Assembly: GCF_018350175.1 (NCBI RefSeq) | Contig: NC_058384.1 | Location: 65,472,001 to 65,536,000, forward strand | DNA: 64,000 bases | Direction of reading: 5' to 3' | Origin: Felis catus | Lineage: Eukaryota | In this document: positions 49,442-62,096 of the stretch, in pieces | Layout of the letters: each line of letters begins with the position of its first letter | How positions within the stretch are numbered: position 1 is the stretch's first letter | Program-made: the position numbers and the translations under genes | The notes under the pieces: generated by a model | The model's database searches: none | What the model was told of the DNA's origin: nothing | Seen by the model: the letters and a program-made list of their open reading frames with translations, nothing else

Positions 49442-51084
49442 TTAGGGTCACTGAGGGCTGGGGAGAAATTATCCATTTTCTTTGCTAAGGATGAAACACA
49501 TTCTAAAGACTCGGTGAAGACCTGGGGAGACTTGAATTTGGGCATTGGACTAGGGCTTCTGAGAAAGTTCCATCTTTGGAATTCTGGGCTCTGCATATTT
49601 TCAATCAGAAATTATATCCAGTTATTCAGACCATGTGATGGTCCAAGACATGAATGCTCATCCTCTCTTCTCTACCTGCCTTGATTCTGGATTTTTCTGG
49701 CTTTAATGAGTTTGCAAGTCAGATCCAAACCTAGTCATTACAAAAGAAGCTACTTTCAAGTGCTTAATATATACTAGGGGTCGTGAAAGACAAAGGCTCA
49801 TCCTGCCCGAATGGAAGCTCACAGTCTAGTGAAGTTAAACAGAGAACAAGAATTGCAGTGAAACTTAATCAAGTTAATGGTAGGGGCCCTGCCGAAGACA
49901 CAGAGATGAGAATAAACCCAGAGGTGTATGTGTACATGTGTGTGTGCGTATGTGAATGTGGGGAAGGACATGAGCGCACTTCTGACAGGAGGCAGTGGCT
50001 GAGCTGAAACCCAAAGGAAGCCAGTAGCATCCTGGTGAAGAAAAGCGAGTCTGAATGCCTTCCCAAAAGAGTGTTGGCCTTCACGAGGCAATGATCTCGG
50101 GGAATTGGAGGTAGACCCTGAAATCTGCCATCGTGCAGGAGGAGGGAGTGGCGGGTGGGGATATGCTGGGTGTGCGGATCTGAAGTCTGGAAACACACCT
50201 GTGCTGGAGACAGAGGCTTGATGCCTATGTATTGTTCATCCACAGACAGCAAGGAAAGACAGGACTTCAGGGGCCACAGCAGAAACTTGCCATACATAGC
50301 CATGTACCGAATGGGTAAAGAAGATGGGTCCATAACACATAGAAGGAAACAATGATATAACGAACACACGAGAAGAAGCCTCCATATAGGAACAGGGCGA
50401 ACCTGGAGTGGGGTTGCATGAGAGCCAAGGGAGAAAAATCTTCAAGTAGCGGTAATCAGGAGTTTCTGGCACAAAAGGGTAGGCATAGTATAATAACTGA
50501 AACATTTATGTTGCTTTGTGGTTATCATGTCACTGACACATAGGACAAAATGTCTTCTGTAAGTGGAAGTAAAGAAAGAATTCACACAGCAAATGGTTGA
50601 GGAGTGAACAAGATCTGAACGAGATACTGTTAATATTACTGTTTCAGAAAGCCGATCTCGGAAAGAAATGAGAACAGATATTGATCATGAATGCCAGGGG
50701 CGTTGATACATTAACTCATGTAATACAACTCCAATTGGACAAATAGGTTTTCACCTACAGAAGAAGATGCTGAATCTCAGAGAGATTGTGGGACTTGCCC
50801 ATTATCGCCCAACTAATAGGCAGCAGGATGAGAATTCAGGCTCAGTATGTTCGATATGTTCGATTTGAACCCTGGCTGTACTAATCATTAGCTATACTGT
50901 CTCCCAAATAAAGATTGCAGATACAGGCAAGCCACTGGTCATTTTGAACAGAGGAAGTGTCAAAACACACGCAAAAAAAACGCCACGTAACCAAAATACT
51001 GTTTATGTTTACACTGCATCGATTTCCTTCTCTGTTAGTTGGGTATAACCTCTCCCTTATTCACAGGAAGCTCTTCTGGGGATA

Positions 51085-52032
51085 ATGGAGAGTGAAAATC
51101 TATCAGCTGTGACTGAATTCATCTTCACTGGCTTCCCGCAGCTCCAAGATGGCGGCCTCCTGTACTTCTTCCCCCTCCTTTTCGTCTACACCTTTATTGT
51201 CGTTGGGAACCTGATGGTCTTCTTTGCTGTCCGGCTGGACACCCGTCTCCACAACCCCATGTACAATTTCATCAGTATCTTCTCATTTCTGGAGATCTGG
51301 TACACCACGGCCACCATCCCCAAGATGCTCTCCAATCTGATCAGCAGCCAAAAGACCATCTCCTTGACTGGCTGCCTCTTGCAAATGTACTTCTTCCATT
51401 CACTCGGAAACACTGAAGGAGCCTTGCTGACCATCATGGCCATCGACAGGTACGTTGCCATCTGCAACCCTCTTCACTACCTGACCATCATGACCCCCCG
51501 ACTATGCGCTCAGCTTTCTGCAGGCTCTTGTGTCTTTGGTTTCCTCATCCTTCTACCTGAGGTTGTATGGATTTCTACCCTACCTTTCTGTGGCCCCAAC
51601 CAAATCCATCAGATCTTCTGTGATTTTGGTCCATTATTAAATTTAACCTGTACGGATGCCTCTGTGATCCTAGTGCAAGACGTGATTCATGCTTCGGCCA
51701 TTCTGATAACGAGTCTGATTATTTCCCTTTCGTACATCAGAATTGTGGTTGTTATCCTGGGCATCCCTTCAGCGGAGGGTCGTAAAAAGGCCTTCTCCAC
51801 CTGCGTCGCCCACATTGCCGTCTTCCTGATGTTTTTTGGCAGTGTGGCCCTCATGTATCTCAGATTCTCTGCCACGTATACGCCATTCTGGGACACAGCC
51901 ATTGCTGTAACATTCTCTGTCCTTTCTCCCCTTTTCAATCCCATGATATACAGCCTGAGAAATAATGATATGAAAGATGCTATTAAGAAGCTCCTTTGCC
52001 CTCAAAAGGTGTTTCGTGTACGTGGTAGGTAA
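51085..52032 (+). CDS. Intact OR6K-family olfactory receptor (OR6K3-like N-terminus), 315 aa
   Basis: NLS sequon, GN, LHNPMY, MAIDRYVAIC, FCGPN, KAFSTCVAHI, NPMIYSLRN; acceptor 'ctctcccttattcacag' ending at 51066. Confidence 0.92.
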   Translation: MESENLSAVTEFIFTGFPQLQDGGLLYFFPLLFVYTFIVVGNLMVFFAVRLDTRLHNPMYNFISIFSFLEIWYTTATIPKMLSNLISSQKTISLTGCLLQMYFFHSLGNTEGALLTIMAIDRYVAICNPLHYLTIMTPRLCAQLSAGSCVFGFLILLPEVVWISTLPFCGPNQIHQIFCDFGPLLNLTCTDASVILVQDVIHASAILITSLIISLSYIRIVVVILGIPSAEGRKKAFSTCVAHIAVFLMFFGSVALMYLRFSATYTPFWDTAIAVTFSVLSPLFNPMIYSLRNNDMKDAIKKLLCPQKVFRVRGR

Positions 52033-52981
52033 CTTAGGAAGCAGTCTTCTATATGGATGGAACTTCTTCGCAAAATACCGACCCCACAAACACGAGAACT
52101 GAAAAGAATTATGCAAGTAGTCCAAATTTCTTCTCCATGAGTTGGTGAGAAGACTGACAGAGAAACTCCTATGAGGACTTACAGAGACGGCAAAAATACC
52201 GTTTTCTTTTCTGTATCTCTCATTTTGTGCATTTGATTTTAATTTGCTCTTTTACTTCAAGGTGGTTAATTGTATAAATATTAATAATACTCATAGATAT
52301 TACCTTTCTTTGGTATCGAATCTCTTTACAAAGCTCCCAGTGACCTGATGGAGCCCATGGAGCCCACTCCCCATGACACTAAGGTGACGGGTCCAAGTTC
52401 TTTCTGGAAGCTACTGGACATTAAGCAGAAGCAAGAGCCTCTGGCACCCAGACCATAGACTGGATCCCCCATCTTTGCTTCCTTTCCAGTCAGCCTTGCT
52501 GGTATTTTTAAGATCTACATACTGGGGTGCTCTGTATGTGACGCTGTTGTGAACAGGGGGGTCACGGATGATGTGCAGTTGTGTTAACCCCGTAACTGTG
52601 AAAAGCAACTGAGTAGATCAGATCCCTCCCCATGGGAACTTAGCATCTCACGTAGGATCAGTGTGAGAAAATGTTGACATAATAAATGCATATGTTTACA
52701 TCTATAGGCAATGAAATTTATTGATGATTTAATCCACCCCTCTAAGAAATTGTCTCTTTTCCGATATCAGTGCTAAAATATATATTTCGTGTAGCAGTTT
52801 TCCTCTAATACCTATGTGACTTGGTAATAAAAAGTGTTTAATTCAAAATTATATACTAAAACTTATTCATGTTTCTACAAAGTACTTAGAGCCATCAGTT
52901 TAATTATGGCAAAAATTGGATTGGATATGCAAATTATTTCTCTCTTTTGAACGTTTATATTGTTTCCTGGCTATCACCATT

Positions 52982-53197
52982 CTTTTTTTTTTTTAATATT
53001 TATTTTATTTTTTAAGAGAGAGACAGAATGCGAGCAGGGGAGGGGCAGAGAGAGAGAGGGAGACACAGAATCCGAAGCAGGCTCCAGGCTCCGAGCTGTC
53101 AGCACAAAGCCCGATGCAGGGCTGGAACTCAGGAACCATGAGATCATGACCTGAGCCAAAGTCGGACGCTCAACCGACTGAGCCACCCAGGCGCCCC
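52982..53197 (-). mobile_element. SINEC_Fc
   Basis: TSD tggctatcaccatt at 52968-52981 and 53198-53211. Confidence 0.95.
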
Positions 53198-54220
53198 TGG
53201 CTATCACCATTATAAATATGGCAATTATCTTTTTTTTTTTTTTTGCATAAAGTTCTTTCCATTTTCAAAAACTTCTGTCTCAAGATAAATTTCAAGAAGT
53301 TGACTCATTAAAGTAACATGCGCTGATATGTTTATAGCTGTTGGTAAAAATATTGTTTTTGCAAATGGTTGCACTAGTGCATCGATGGGGCACTTTCGGT
53401 ACAACTTTGATTACATGGATTAAGTAAGAAGTCGAGCTGCTCTGCGAAGCTGCCAATTCTATCACGGACAAGGCGAAATTGTAGCACGACTGTAATAAAG
53501 GGTAGTGATAAGTTGCAGTGATCAACTGAGTTATTGGTCCCGATTCTTCGCATCCCCGTAACGGAATTACAAGTTCACAAATCTTCAGGGTGGGTGGCGT
53601 ATACTTTTCTGCCCCATAACTTTGCATTGCCTGTTTTCTTTTTCTTTTCTTTCTGTCTTTTACTTTCTTTCTTTCTTTTACTTTCTTTCTTTTTTTTTTT
53701 TTTTGACTATTGGGGTGTCAGTGGACATTACGGGGGTTGAATCGATGCCTTTGTGGTTGGGTTCGCTCTGGTAGCTGCTTTTCTGGCAGGGTTGGACTCA
53801 TGAGGCCATGTGCCTGGGAGGCCCTGGTGCAGAGAATTAGAGACATGGGGGGCTGACCTGCCCAAAGTCTGGTGCCTGGAGTCCAGAACCAGAACCCAAA
53901 GCCAAGAGTCCAGCCTCAGTCACCTTCTTGCAGCTGACGAGCAGACTCATCAGTAGGAGGCTAAATGATTATTGTTTTAATATCCATGTGTGAAACACTT
54001 CACAAGTTACTGCGTTCTGCTGTGCGTGGGCTTTGTTTGGCACCGTGCCAGCCCGGAATTGTCGAAATTTAATAACTAGTCCTTACTGTCTGAATCTTAA
54101 GATTGTCTGTTGGGTTGTAAGTATTTTAGAATCGTATTGTTAATTATTTCTTAATAATTCTATAATTTTCAGAAACATTATCTGCATCAAATGTGTAATT
54201 ATTTAACCATGCCACCTGGT

Positions 54221-54231
54221 TGTGTGTGTGC

Positions 54232-54267
<36 letters not shown>

Positions 54268-54436
54268 ATGCGTGGGAAAGATATTTTACACATTAAATGG
54301 ATTTTTGCGGGGGACGCCTGGGTGGCCCAGTCGGTTAAGCGCCAGACTTCAGCTCAGGTCATGATCTCACGGTGCGTGGGTTCAAGCCCCACATCAGACT
54401 GTGCTGACAGCTCAGAGCCTGGAGCCTGCTTCGGAT

Positions 54437-54476
<40 letters not shown>

Positions 54477-54545
54477 CCTCCCCTGCTTGCGCTCTGTCTC
54501 TCTCTTTCTCTCTCAAAAATAAATAAACATTAAAAAAAATTAATA
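54221..54545 (+). mobile_element. (TG)n microsatellite (54221-54266) and SINEC_Fc (54310-54545)
   Basis: Visible TG run; 'ggggacgcctgggtggcccagtcggttaag' head. Confidence 0.9.
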
Positions 54546-54849
54546 GATTTTTTTTTTATCATTTAGAAACAGAGAAGGTGCTGGAGACCTGCAGTGGGGG
54601 GTTGGGGGGGGATATGCAGGTGGGCCATTCTTTGGAAAGACCAGTCTTTTTTCTATACCATTTTCCTCACCGTTTTTGTGGCTTATAGTCATCTTGCACT
54701 TGATCAGTATTTGGAAATAATGTTACAGCATTAAAGATTTTTTAAGGTAGAATAATAGTTAAATACAAAAGCTTTTAAAACAAGGTGAAAATAAAAAAAC
54801 ATATGCACGACATATTGAAGAATTGTAGAGATTCTACTTTTGTATTCTT

Positions 54850-55060
54850 TTTTAAAAAAATATTTTAAACTTTATTTTTGAGGGATAGAGCATGAGCAGG
54901 ATAGGGGCAGAGAGAGAGAGGGAGACACAGAATCGGAAGCAGGCTGGAGGCTCCGAGCTGTCAGCACAGAGCCCTATGTGGGGCTTGAACTCATGAACCA
55001 TGAGATCACGACCTGGGTTGAAGTTGGATGCTTAACCGACTGAGCCACCCAGGCACCCCC
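54850..55060 (-). mobile_element. SINEC_Fc
   Basis: TSD tacttttgtattct at 54836-54849 and 55061-55074. Confidence 0.92.
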
Positions 55061-55414
55061 TACTTTTGTATTCTCATCGTTTGTTATACGTACATAAGCA
55101 AAATGTTTTGTGTTTGTCCAAACATAGCATAAAGTTCGTATGAATTCTCTATAGTAGTCTCTAATTAGAAACTGCTGTGTTAGGTAAATTGGTGAGCGTG
55201 TCTTTTTCTGAAACCATAATACCATTTCTTGTTGCATATTTGTTTAGTTTATTTGGGGTGAGAAAAAAATCATTTTCCTTAAAGTAAAAGATTTCTTTAA
55301 AAGAAGAACAAAGAAAAGAAACTTGGAAGAAAATCAGCATCAAATATAGACAAGTAATTTAAAATAAGATAAATGCAAAAGGCTCATAATCACATAAAGA
55401 GATGCTTAAACTCT

Positions 55415-55595
55415 GGGGCACCTGAAGCTCAGTCAGTTAAGTGCCCTACTCTTTGTTTTGGCTCGAGTCATTATGTCACAGTTCATGGGTTTGAGCCCCG
55501 CATCCGGCTCCATGCTGTCAGTGTGGATTCTCTCCCTCTTTCTGCCCCTCCCCTGCTCATGTGCGCTCTCTCTCTCTTTATCTCTCTCTCTCTGA

Positions 55596-55631
<36 letters not shown>

Positions 55632-55635
55632 GGCA
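55415..55635 (+). mobile_element. CanSINE with (GAAA)n tail, inserted in an old L1 fragment
   Basis: Flanked by atgcttaaactct; L1ME-like sequence continues at 55660-56100. Confidence 0.88.
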
Positions 55636-56282
55636 TGCTTAAACTCTTTATTAAGGCTCAGTGTTGGAGGGGATGTAGAGACAAAGAAACACACATACCC
55701 AGCAGGTAATATAAACTAGTGTAGCCATTCTGGAGAAAATTCTGGTAGAACTTAAACTCGAGTGTATCCTCTCTCCTAGTAATCTTGCTCCTAGGAATGT
55801 GTCCCAAATATATTTTCACACGTGTTAATAAATCAACATGCGTGAAGATGTTGGTTGGATGTGGGGAAGTTGGAAGCAATCTGTGACCTATGATGGGGAA
55901 GAGTTGCTTTAACTAAGATCAGTGAATATTTCAGAGGATCATATAGGTGCTAGATGGTGTGAACTCAATGAACACAAAGAAACCTACATAACTAAAAAAT
56001 AATGCTGAGTGAAAAAAAAAATCAGCAATGCAACGAAATCAATCTGATACAATTGATGTGAACAAAAAGCACATGTACACAAAACACAAATGCTTGCTTC
56101 GCAAGGAAACATACCTACGCAAGATATCTTACGATTACAGTTAAGTAATTTAAATAGCTGTCTATGGAGAAAATAGGAGGAAGTATGAAAATTAAGGAAA
56201 ATAAATAAAAACGTATTTCCATATAAATTTCTCTGTCTCTCTCTCTCTCTCTATTTTTTTTTTTCACAAAAGCAGATCACTG

Positions 56283-56498
56283 AGGCACCTGGTTGGCTCA
56301 GTTGGTTAAGTGTCCGACTCTTGATTTTGGCTCAAGCCATGATCTCACAGTTCGTGAGATCAAGCCTTGCATCAGGCTCTGCGCTGATGGCACGGAGCCC
56401 GCTTGGAATTTTCTCTCCCCTGTCTCTCCGCCCCTCCCCACACTGTTTCACTCTCTAAATAAATAAATAAATAAATAAACTCAAAAAAAAAAAAAAAA
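56283..56498 (+). mobile_element. CanSINE
   Basis: 'aggcacctggttggctcag', (TAAA)n and A tail. Confidence 0.88.
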
Positions 56499-57108
56499 GC
56501 AGGTCTCATGCCATCAGAGTTAACAACACATTTGTATGTCTTTCCAAGTCACAGCACAGAGGTCTAGTATTTCCATATCAAACCAACTGCAGCATAGTAT
56601 GTTGTATTATGGTTGTACCCCTTATCCCTAAGGCTGCAGATTTAAGTTTATTTCAATCACATCTAAGCATAAACATGTCACAGTGAAATCATGTCACAGT
56701 GAAAACGGCATGCATATGTGTAGACTGCGATCTTGTTGCAAGATTAATTCCTAGAAACACAGCTGCAATATTCAATAATATTCAGGATTTAAAAATGAAA
56801 TAGTGCCAAATCACCATTCTCGATATCCTAAAAATTTGTATAGTCAGCAACATTGAGAGTTTACATTTCAACACATTACCTCGTGTAGCATGTATCCCTT
56901 GGCATATTCTTTGTCAATCTGAGACAAAACAAAAGGAATGCAAACACGTTTATTTGAGAATCACTGGAATAATACCACATATATTTAATAACCAGCGCAG
57001 ATCTTTTCTGTTTTTCCTTTTAACTCTTAATTGTTATGTGTCGACAATTTTTCTTTTTCTTTTTTTTAAATATGCTTTTTTTTTTTTAAGTTTGGTGATT
57101 TATTTTGA

Positions 57109-57567
57109 TGGGGCACCTAGGTGGCTCAGTCACTTAAGCATCCGACTTCACTCAGGTCATGATCTCACAGTTCATGAGTTTGAGTCCTGTGTGAGGCTCT
57201 GTGCTGACAGCTCAGAGTCTGGAGGATGCTTCGGATTCTGCGTCTCCCTCTCTTATCTGTTCCTCACCCACTTGTGTTCACTCTCTCTCTCTCAAAAGAA
57301 ATAAGCATCTTAATTTAATTTTAAAGTTTATTTATTGGGGCACCCGGGTGGCTCGGTCGGTTAAGCGTCCGACTTCTGCTCAGGTCACGATCTCACGGTC
57401 CGTGAGTTTGAGCCCCACATCAGGCTCTGGGCTGATGGCTCAGAGCCTGGAGCCTGCTTCCGATTCTGTATCTCCCTCTCTCTCTCTGTCCCTCCCCCGT
57501 TCATGCTCTGTCTCTCTCTGTCTCAAAAATAAATAAACGTTAAAAAAAATAAAGTTTATTTATTATT

Positions 57568-57608
<41 letters not shown>

Positions 57609-57749
57609 CCCAAGCAGGCTCTACACTGTCAGTGCAGAGTCTGAGACAGGCCTCAAACTCATGAACCGTGAGACTATGACCTGAGTCATGATACCAAAGT
57701 AGGAAACCAAGGGTCGGTTACTTAACTGACTGAGCCCCCCAGATGCCCC
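57109..57749. mobile_element. Three-SINE cluster: plus copy 57109-57305; plus copy 57337-57550 nested in the tail of a minus copy ending 57749
   Basis: TSD aaagtttatttatt at 57323-57336 and 57551-57564. Confidence 0.9.
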
Positions 57750-58970
57750 TACATGTTGACAACTTTAATACTGAGTCCTTTGTTTCACAAAATTTCATTC
57801 ATTGAATAAATGGATACGTATTTCATTGTTGTTATCATGCTTCAAAACGTTAAAAAATAATTTATACTTTCATATTGTAATTTAATGTCATTTATGAAAA
57901 TAGTGGATTGTTCCAATAAGTCTAAAATGGCTGCAACTATATAAATTTCTTAGACATGATTTCATGTACTACTTGAAGGGAACCATTGCCTGCGTTTGGA
58001 ATCGATGATACAGAATTAAATGTCATCATGGGTTGTCAAGTAAATTTGTTTCCATGTAAATAACCAATACCTTTTATAGAGTCTCCTAAAACAAACACAA
58101 TGCTTAAAATTATACAGAATTTTAAAATTCGACTTAATTTCCAAATTAGTATTTTAAGGTGAACAAGGACATAGCAGATCCTGTTGGCTCGGTTGCCTAA
58201 TCCAGGACCCACACCTAAACCTATTTTGCCCATGTCTCTGAAGGGGTTCCGAGTATGGAGATGTTGGCAACAATTTGCTAGGGTTTCTGGGAGAGCTATT
58301 GCTGGTGGAGTCCCAGCCGCACAACTTTTTTGCTGTGAGTGTGGAAACGATGCCTGGCACTTACAGATCTATTTTGCAACCTTAAGGAAAAGTCCAAGAG
58401 AGTGACTCATCTATTTGGGATCAAATAAGCAAGGAGCATTCCTAACTGATACAAATATAAAGAGTAGTTTAATTATAGAGTAAGAATTAACAAGCAGTCA
58501 TTTTTTGAAGTACATGTTAGCATCCAGTTGAACTTGTCAATGAGAACACAAAATTTTTAGGAGAATGTGTTATTAACTGTCAATTCCCATGTCAAATATA
58601 CTAAAAGAAAAATGTCATTTCCTACAATTCAGATTTGGGTTCCTAACAGCTGTTTTTAGTAACGGAACCAGAACTTATTACAGAGGAGTTTAGCCCATAA
58701 CACAGAGAAGGAGAAATTCAAAGAGAGAATGGAATGTCTTATAGCTTAAAAGCAAATTTGCTTTTTCCTAAATTTGGCTTCATGGCTGGAAATAAGTAAT
58801 CGGGATGGAAGTCTGGATCTCGCTTTTCATTGTTCCACCAATCCACTCCTCTCTGCTGAATCAACTTCCTTCAAATCCAAGTGTTGGATTTTCAGTAGTT
58901 TGATTCATTTAAAAGTCAACCCAACCAAAAGTACTACAGAAGAGGAAGTTTTTAAAAATACATTCATTCT

Positions 58971-59185
58971 GGGGCTCCTGTGTGGCTCAGTTGGTTGGGT
59001 GTCCAACTCTTGATATTGGCACGGGTTGTTACCTCAGAGTGGTGGGATCGAGCCCCAGGTCAGGTTCTGCGCTGAGTGTGGAACCTACTTGGGATTCTCC
59101 CTCACCCTCTCTCTCTCCCTTCCCTATTCTCTCTCTAAAACAAACAAACAAACAAACAAACAGACAGACAGACAGACAAACTTAG
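58971..59185 (+). mobile_element. Older CanSINE with (AAAC)n(AGAC)n tail
   Basis: 'ggggctcctgtgtggctcagttgg' head. Confidence 0.85.
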
Positions 59186-59224
59186 AAAAATACATTTATT
59201 CCAATGCTTCAGGCTTCCAGACTA

Positions 59225-59380
59225 TCTCATTTGTCCTGGACTGGAGTTCTCTGGGAGTTCCCTGCGACTGGGTTCTCCTAATTACCAGGCTGAACTGTTT
59301 TTCTTAATTGGAGCTATTATGGGAATGATTGTTTTCTTAGTTATCTTCATTAGCCTATGTAAAATCCCCAGGAGAGTCTG
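59225..59380 (+). promoter_or_regulatory. Candidate OR6K2 promoter
   Basis: ttctctgggag, gggttctccTAATTAccagg (59270-59289), TTAATTG, TCATTAG and atccccaggaga within about 150 nt, 2.8 kb upstream of the ATG. Confidence 0.4.
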
Positions 59381-60071
59381 TCTTCCCATGCTTGTTATGC
59401 TCAGAAAAAGATACACACATACATACATATGGGGCTGGGGCAGAGAGAGAGAGTTCTACAGGAAGCATCAGATCTATAAATCCCTACCTGGTGAAGGAAA
59501 CGAAGTTCAGTTGGAGGACTCAGGGTAGAAACACAGCAGAAAGGCAAAGGCAGTTGGTCTTAGTGACTCTATATGGCTGGCAACATCAGGGTAGAGAAAG
59601 ATTGAGTCTTCTCAATGTTTGTCCAACTTTGGAGTCCAACAGCAGGAAGGTCAGTGAATTAACTAATTTGGGGAAATTGAAGCTACCTAGGAAAAGAATA
59701 ACCCACCTGCATAAGAATAGATAACCTTAGAGTGCACGCAGATACTGTGAATATCTGTTGAGATTATTTGGAGCAAGGAGAAATTAGGAGAAAACGTTGT
59801 AAGGCAAGTTCATACAAAGCATAAAAGTTTCCCAGGATTAAATATCAAAATATTAAAATTTCCCAGGAAACGTGTGGGATGTAAATGGGGCCAAAGCTTA
59901 CGTGATTTTTGCTTTAAAACAAGTGAGCATAGTGATTAATTTCTGAAATGTTTCAGGTATCAATGCTTCAGGAATCCAATGAGATTTCCAGTTAGCTGTT
60001 TGGCGTTAACATCATTAACATTTGCACTAGATTTAGGATTACTAACTTTTGGATGAAGATAGGTGTGGGTT

Positions 60072-60413
60072 CAGTGGCTTCAACGTCAGGAATTTATTTT
60101 CTTACAATTCTGAGAACTAGAAGTCTGAGATCCAGGTTTGGGCAGAGTTGCTTCCTCATGAGGTCTTTGTGGTTTGTAGATGGCTGTCTTCCCCCTGAGT
60201 CTTCCTGTGGTCCTCCCACTGAAACTGTCTGTGTCCACATCTACTCTTCTTGGATGTTCATCAGTCATATTGGATCAGGACCCACCCGAGTGACCTCATT
60301 TTGATTTAATTATCTCCTTAAAGACCCTTTCTCCAAATAGAGTCACATTCTGAGGTCCCAGGGGTTAGAACGTCAACATGTGAACTTTGGGAAGATGGAA
60401 TTCAACCTGTAAC
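60072..60413 (-). mobile_element. MLT1B/C-type MaLR LTR
   Basis: 'gtggcttcaac..ggaatttattttcttacaattctg...agtcatattggatcaggacccacc...gtcacattctgagg...attcaacctgtaaca'. Confidence 0.8.
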
Positions 60414-61689
60414 AGGTGGAGAGAGCAGGTTTGTGTCCAGGTGAGACCTCTACGTGAGAGGGTTCTGAAGAAAATGTGGATCACCGGAGAGAGACCCACA
60501 AATAAGGAATTCTGGAGCCACTGTAGTGAATGAGAGTAGAAGGCCAAAAGAAGTTGATAAGCAATCTTGAATAAATAAAGTCTCTGTGTGAGAAAAAAAT
60601 ATGGAGTAAGAAATAATAAACAAAGATAGAAAAAATAAACAAAGATAGAAATCTGGGAGGTGGAAGACAGAATAGCCAATGAGGGAAATCAGGATAGCAT
60701 GATGTCAAAAAGGCCAAAAAGGAAAGACGTTCAACGATCAGGTGATTGACCTTTGGACATTAGTGGCAATGAGGAGACGGGGGGTGGGGGGCACTGGATT
60801 TTTAATCAGAAAGCCACTGATACACTTTAAGAAAAGAGATGTAGAGCATTGAGAGCAGATCATTGATTCAGAGGGTTTCAGGAGCGAATGAAGTCAATAA
60901 ATACATATTAACGTATTAGGGAAAAATGATGTTGATACAAAAGAAATAAATAGTCTGTGTAGAGATAGTACTTTTCTCCCACGATAAGATTTGTGCCCAT
61001 TTGATAGCAGAAAAGAGAGAATCAATGAAGAAAATAAAACAAATGTTTTCAAAAGGGAATAAATTAATAGGACCATATCCTGCAATGCCTTGAGTTTAAA
61101 TTGCATTTCACAGAGCCTCCAGCCCCCCCGTCCACCTCCGCTCCCCATACAATCCCCCTGGAGCAGCTCTGCATTTATGGCTTCAATTAGCCACTTTCCA
61201 TGAACTACGTCATTTGACCAAAGTCTTCTGTCACAAAACACACTTGAGATCCATTTTTTTAGAAGAGGGGGAAGGGAAGGAATGGGAGATTGTAGAATGA
61301 CCCATCGTTTCTTAAAAAAAAAAGATGAACGGTGGTTTTTCTTTTCTGAATATTCTCTGAATAATTGTTAAATACATATTATGTATATTATGCATATATA
61401 TATGGAGGGATGAAGGGAGAGAGAGAGAAAGAGAGAGACAGAGGATGTCTTATTTAGAGGCAGAAAGGGAAGGAAGAGGGTGAAATTCACCAGTGATGGT
61501 TTGTCTTTGGCATTAGAATATTCAATGAAATCATATGCCAAGAATTAGATGAGGAATTGGGAGTTTGAGGAAAGAATTTTAAAACCGTTTTGGGGAGATC
61601 GTTGGGGAACCAGTAAGACTTGAATACAGAAGAAACATCACCTAGCTGTTCCCTCACTGCCTTGTCTAATTCTTTTTTTGTCTAAACAC

Positions 61690-61860
61690 ACCTGACCAGT
61701 AGGATTAGCATCACCTAGAAATGTGTTAGGCATGCAAATTCTTTGGCCTTATCCCATATCGACTGAGTTAGAAACCTTCAGGATATAGACCAGCAATCTG
61801 TGTTTTAACAAGCCCTCCATATGGCCCTGATGCATGCTAAAATTTGAGAATCACTGGTCT
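61690..61860 (+). mobile_element. MER5A DNA transposon fossil
   Basis: 'agcatcacctagaaatgtgttag..atgcaaattct...cagcaatctgtgttttaacaagccctcc...tttgagaatcactg'. Confidence 0.8.
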
Positions 61861-62096
61861 AAAATGTTGACTCTGCTTTCTGCCTGGATATTTTTCCATA
61901 CTACAACCTTAGTTGTAAGCATCTATGGAATATGGACTATTTCTTTCTTTCTTTGTCTTCCTCTGCATCCCCAGTACAGGGATCTACACGGTGCTGGCAT
62001 TCGGTAGGCATGTTTACTTCCTGGCCAATAATCGTAGGCACCTCCTACAAGGCTTGAGTGAACTGGGAGTTGGAAGTCCTTGTTTTCAACTAGAAA

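Noticed and set aside
56675-56704. Short tandem duplications (also 50846-50864, 52348-52365)
   Set aside because: Two-copy slippage duplications with no further structure.
2773-57536. Recurrent MAQSVKRPTSAQVMIS-type short ORFs
   Set aside because: Translations of CanSINE copies, not a gene family.
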